Source: an uncultured cyanobacterium | GTDB taxonomy: Bacteria > Cyanobacteriota > Cyanobacteriia > Cyanobacteriales > Cyanobacteriaceae | Length of the DNA stretch: 64,000 bases | Direction of reading: 5' to 3' | Assembly (NCBI GenBank): GCA_963710605.1 | Contig: CAVQBA010000007.1 | Span: 96,001 to 160,000 of the forward strand | The notes under the pieces: model-generated | What the model was told of the DNA's origin: nothing | Database searches by the model: none | Seen by the model: the letters and a program-made list of their open reading frames with translations, nothing else | Made by a program: the position numbers and the translations under genes | Shown: positions 62,244-64,000 of the stretch, in pieces | Layout: each line of letters begins with the position of its first letter | Position numbering within the stretch: position 1 is the first letter of the stretch

Positions 62244-62525
62244 CTTATTATATTAAGTTTGTTTACGTTTTTTTAAATATCTTTAAGATTTTATCAGAAA
62301 TAGGGCTGTCAATCGGAATTGAGAATTGAGAACGAAGTTTAATTGATATCTTATCCCTCATTTATACTGAGCGTAGCCGAAGTATCCTTCACCCTTCAGC
62401 CTTCATTCTTTTTCCCTATCCTTCATCCCTCATCTTTCTCTATATCTGTTATTGTTAAGTTTGGTTAAGTAATTAATGGTTTGAATTAATCAACTTGTAA
62501 CAACTAAATAATTTTGTAGGCAATA

Positions 62526-63413
62526 ATGGATGTTATTCTTGGGGCGGTATTGCCTGTAGCACTAATAATCACGATCGGTTATATTGCAGGGGCGAGGTTA
62601 GGTTTAGATCAATCTACATTATCTAGATTAAGTATTTATGTTCTGTCTCCTGCTTTAGTAATCAATAGTCTTTATCGTACAGAAGTTTCTGGAGGAGATG
62701 CTTTATTATTAGTACTTGGTTTTTGCTTAATTTCGCTAATTCTTTACGGTATAGCTACAGGTTTAGGTTATTTATTGAAATTAGAGGGTGAAGATAGGCG
62801 TAGTTTGTCGGCGGTCATTCTTAGTGCTAATAATGGTAATATGGGTCTTTCGATCGTTGCTTTTGCTTTAGGTGAAGGAGGATTAGAAAGAGCAATTATT
62901 TATTTAATTTGTTCGAGTATCTTTTTGTTTGGTGTTTTACCCGGATTATTCAAAGGTAGTGGTTTATTGGTTGGATTGAATATGACTTGGAAACTACCTT
63001 TGTTTTGGTCTATTTTAGTTGGGCTGAGTTTGCATTTAACTAAGATTGAATTACCATTTAACTTGGGTACAAGTATTGAATGGTTAGGAATGGCGGCAAT
63101 TCCGATGGCTTTAATTATTTTAGGAATTCAGTTGAAAAAAACAAAATTTAGTTTTAGTTTGCCAGAAATCGGTTATAGTTTTGTTAAATTAGCGATCGCT
63201 CCTTGTGTTGCTTATGGTGTTGCCTTATTCTTGGGTTTAACAGGTTTAGATTTACAAGTTTTGGTTTTACAAACCTGTATGCCGACGGCAGTAAATACTC
63301 TTGTTGTTGCCAAAGAATTTGGTGGTAATGCGACAATGGTAGCAAGAACAATTATTATTTCTACTTTGATTAGTTTTGTTACTATTCCTGTCGTGATTGG
63401 TTTAGTAACTTAA
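62526..63413 (+). CDS. AEC (auxin efflux carrier) family transporter
   Basis: About 10 TM, NNGNMG, MPTAVN. Confidence 0.88.
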   Translation: MDVILGAVLPVALIITIGYIAGARLGLDQSTLSRLSIYVLSPALVINSLYRTEVSGGDALLLVLGFCLISLILYGIATGLGYLLKLEGEDRRSLSAVILSANNGNMGLSIVAFALGEGGLERAIIYLICSSIFLFGVLPGLFKGSGLLVGLNMTWKLPLFWSILVGLSLHLTKIELPFNLGTSIEWLGMAAIPMALIILGIQLKKTKFSFSLPEIGYSFVKLAIAPCVAYGVALFLGLTGLDLQVLVLQTCMPTAVNTLVVAKEFGGNATMVARTIIISTLISFVTIPVVIGLVT

Positions 63414-63469
63414 TTTTAAACAAATAAATTTTTGATTAATCAATACCATTTGTCGCAAGTCGCAATATT

Positions 63470-64000
63470 CTAACTATTAAATAGTCTTTGTCTAACTAAT
63501 CTAACAGCAGGTATTTGAATATATTTAGTCAGTAATTTAATTTCTTTTTTATCTAACTCATCTTTGAGGTGAGGAAAATCTTTAAAAAAATCTTCAGTAA
63601 TATCTTGATTTAACATCTTTAAAATTTGACCAAAATCTTTTTCGGTTACTTCACCAATTTTACTAATAACATTATCAAGTCTATTTTCGGTTACATAAGC
63701 TGATATTTCTTCTTGCCATTTGAGTACTTTTTCAGAAGCTACATTTTCTTTTTTGGTTGAGGATTTATTTGCCCTTCTATTTTTTTCTGACCATTTTTCG
63801 TTTTTATTTTTTAAAATAACTCTAGTACCATTAGGAAGATAAGTATTTTGAATTGGTTTAATAACCACACCTTCGCAGATATTTGGTTGAATTTCAGGTA
63901 ATCCTAAATCCAAAGCAATAGTTGATGAGAAATTGTTAGGATATGCTAAACATTCATCTAAGTTACCTTGAAATAATGTTTTAGCATAAAGTAATTCTTC
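63470..64000 (-). CDS. C-terminal part of an Rnl2-family RNA ligase (starts beyond the window)
   Basis: Frame open to the right edge; motif IV EGVVIKP, motif V ILKNKNEKWSE, YVTENRLDNVISKIG. Confidence 0.85.
   Translation of the reverse strand, partial: EELLYAKTLFQGNLDECLAYPNNFSSTIALDLGLPEIQPNICEGVVIKPIQNTYLPNGTRVILKNKNEKWSEKNRRANKSSTKKENVASEKVLKWQEEISAYVTENRLDNVISKIGEVTEKDFGQILKMLNQDITEDFFKDFPHLKDELDKKEIKLLTKYIQIPAVRLVRQRLFNS

Overview
AT-rich cyanobacterial chromosome segment (HIP1-type GCGATCGC/CGATCG words throughout; ndhD, ndhP, ycf39, ycf55; the gene set resembles Cyanobacterium/Geminocystis, but I cannot confirm the organism). The first 10 kb is a retron locus of the Mx162-like (type XIII, from my recollection of the retron classification) kind: WGR plus helical-repeat protein, SWIM Zn-finger protein and a retron reverse transcriptase (NAxxH, YADD, VTG). 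The most notable feature is the 780-bp region before the RT. It holds two tandem msr-msd-like ncRNA units that share five ordered motifs and a covarying hairpin, but have unrelated a1/a2 arms and unrelated msd hairpins, suggesting one RT served by a small array of template RNAs. A repeat-flanked GxxExxY gene and an antisense pentapeptide/NuiA-like gene lie inside the locus. The rest is mostly housekeeping genes (def, arsM-arsS, tRNA-Ala, mlaF/mlaD, ndhD, frameshifted prs, bioD, leuS, NAD kinase, ftsH, sufS). It also has two tnpB-only IS200/IS605 elements, a decayed group II intron 3' end, a membrane-anchored coiled-coil protein ending in a RelE/Gp49-like domain, and several small repeat/MITE families. 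All calls are from motif recognition by eye; no searches were run.
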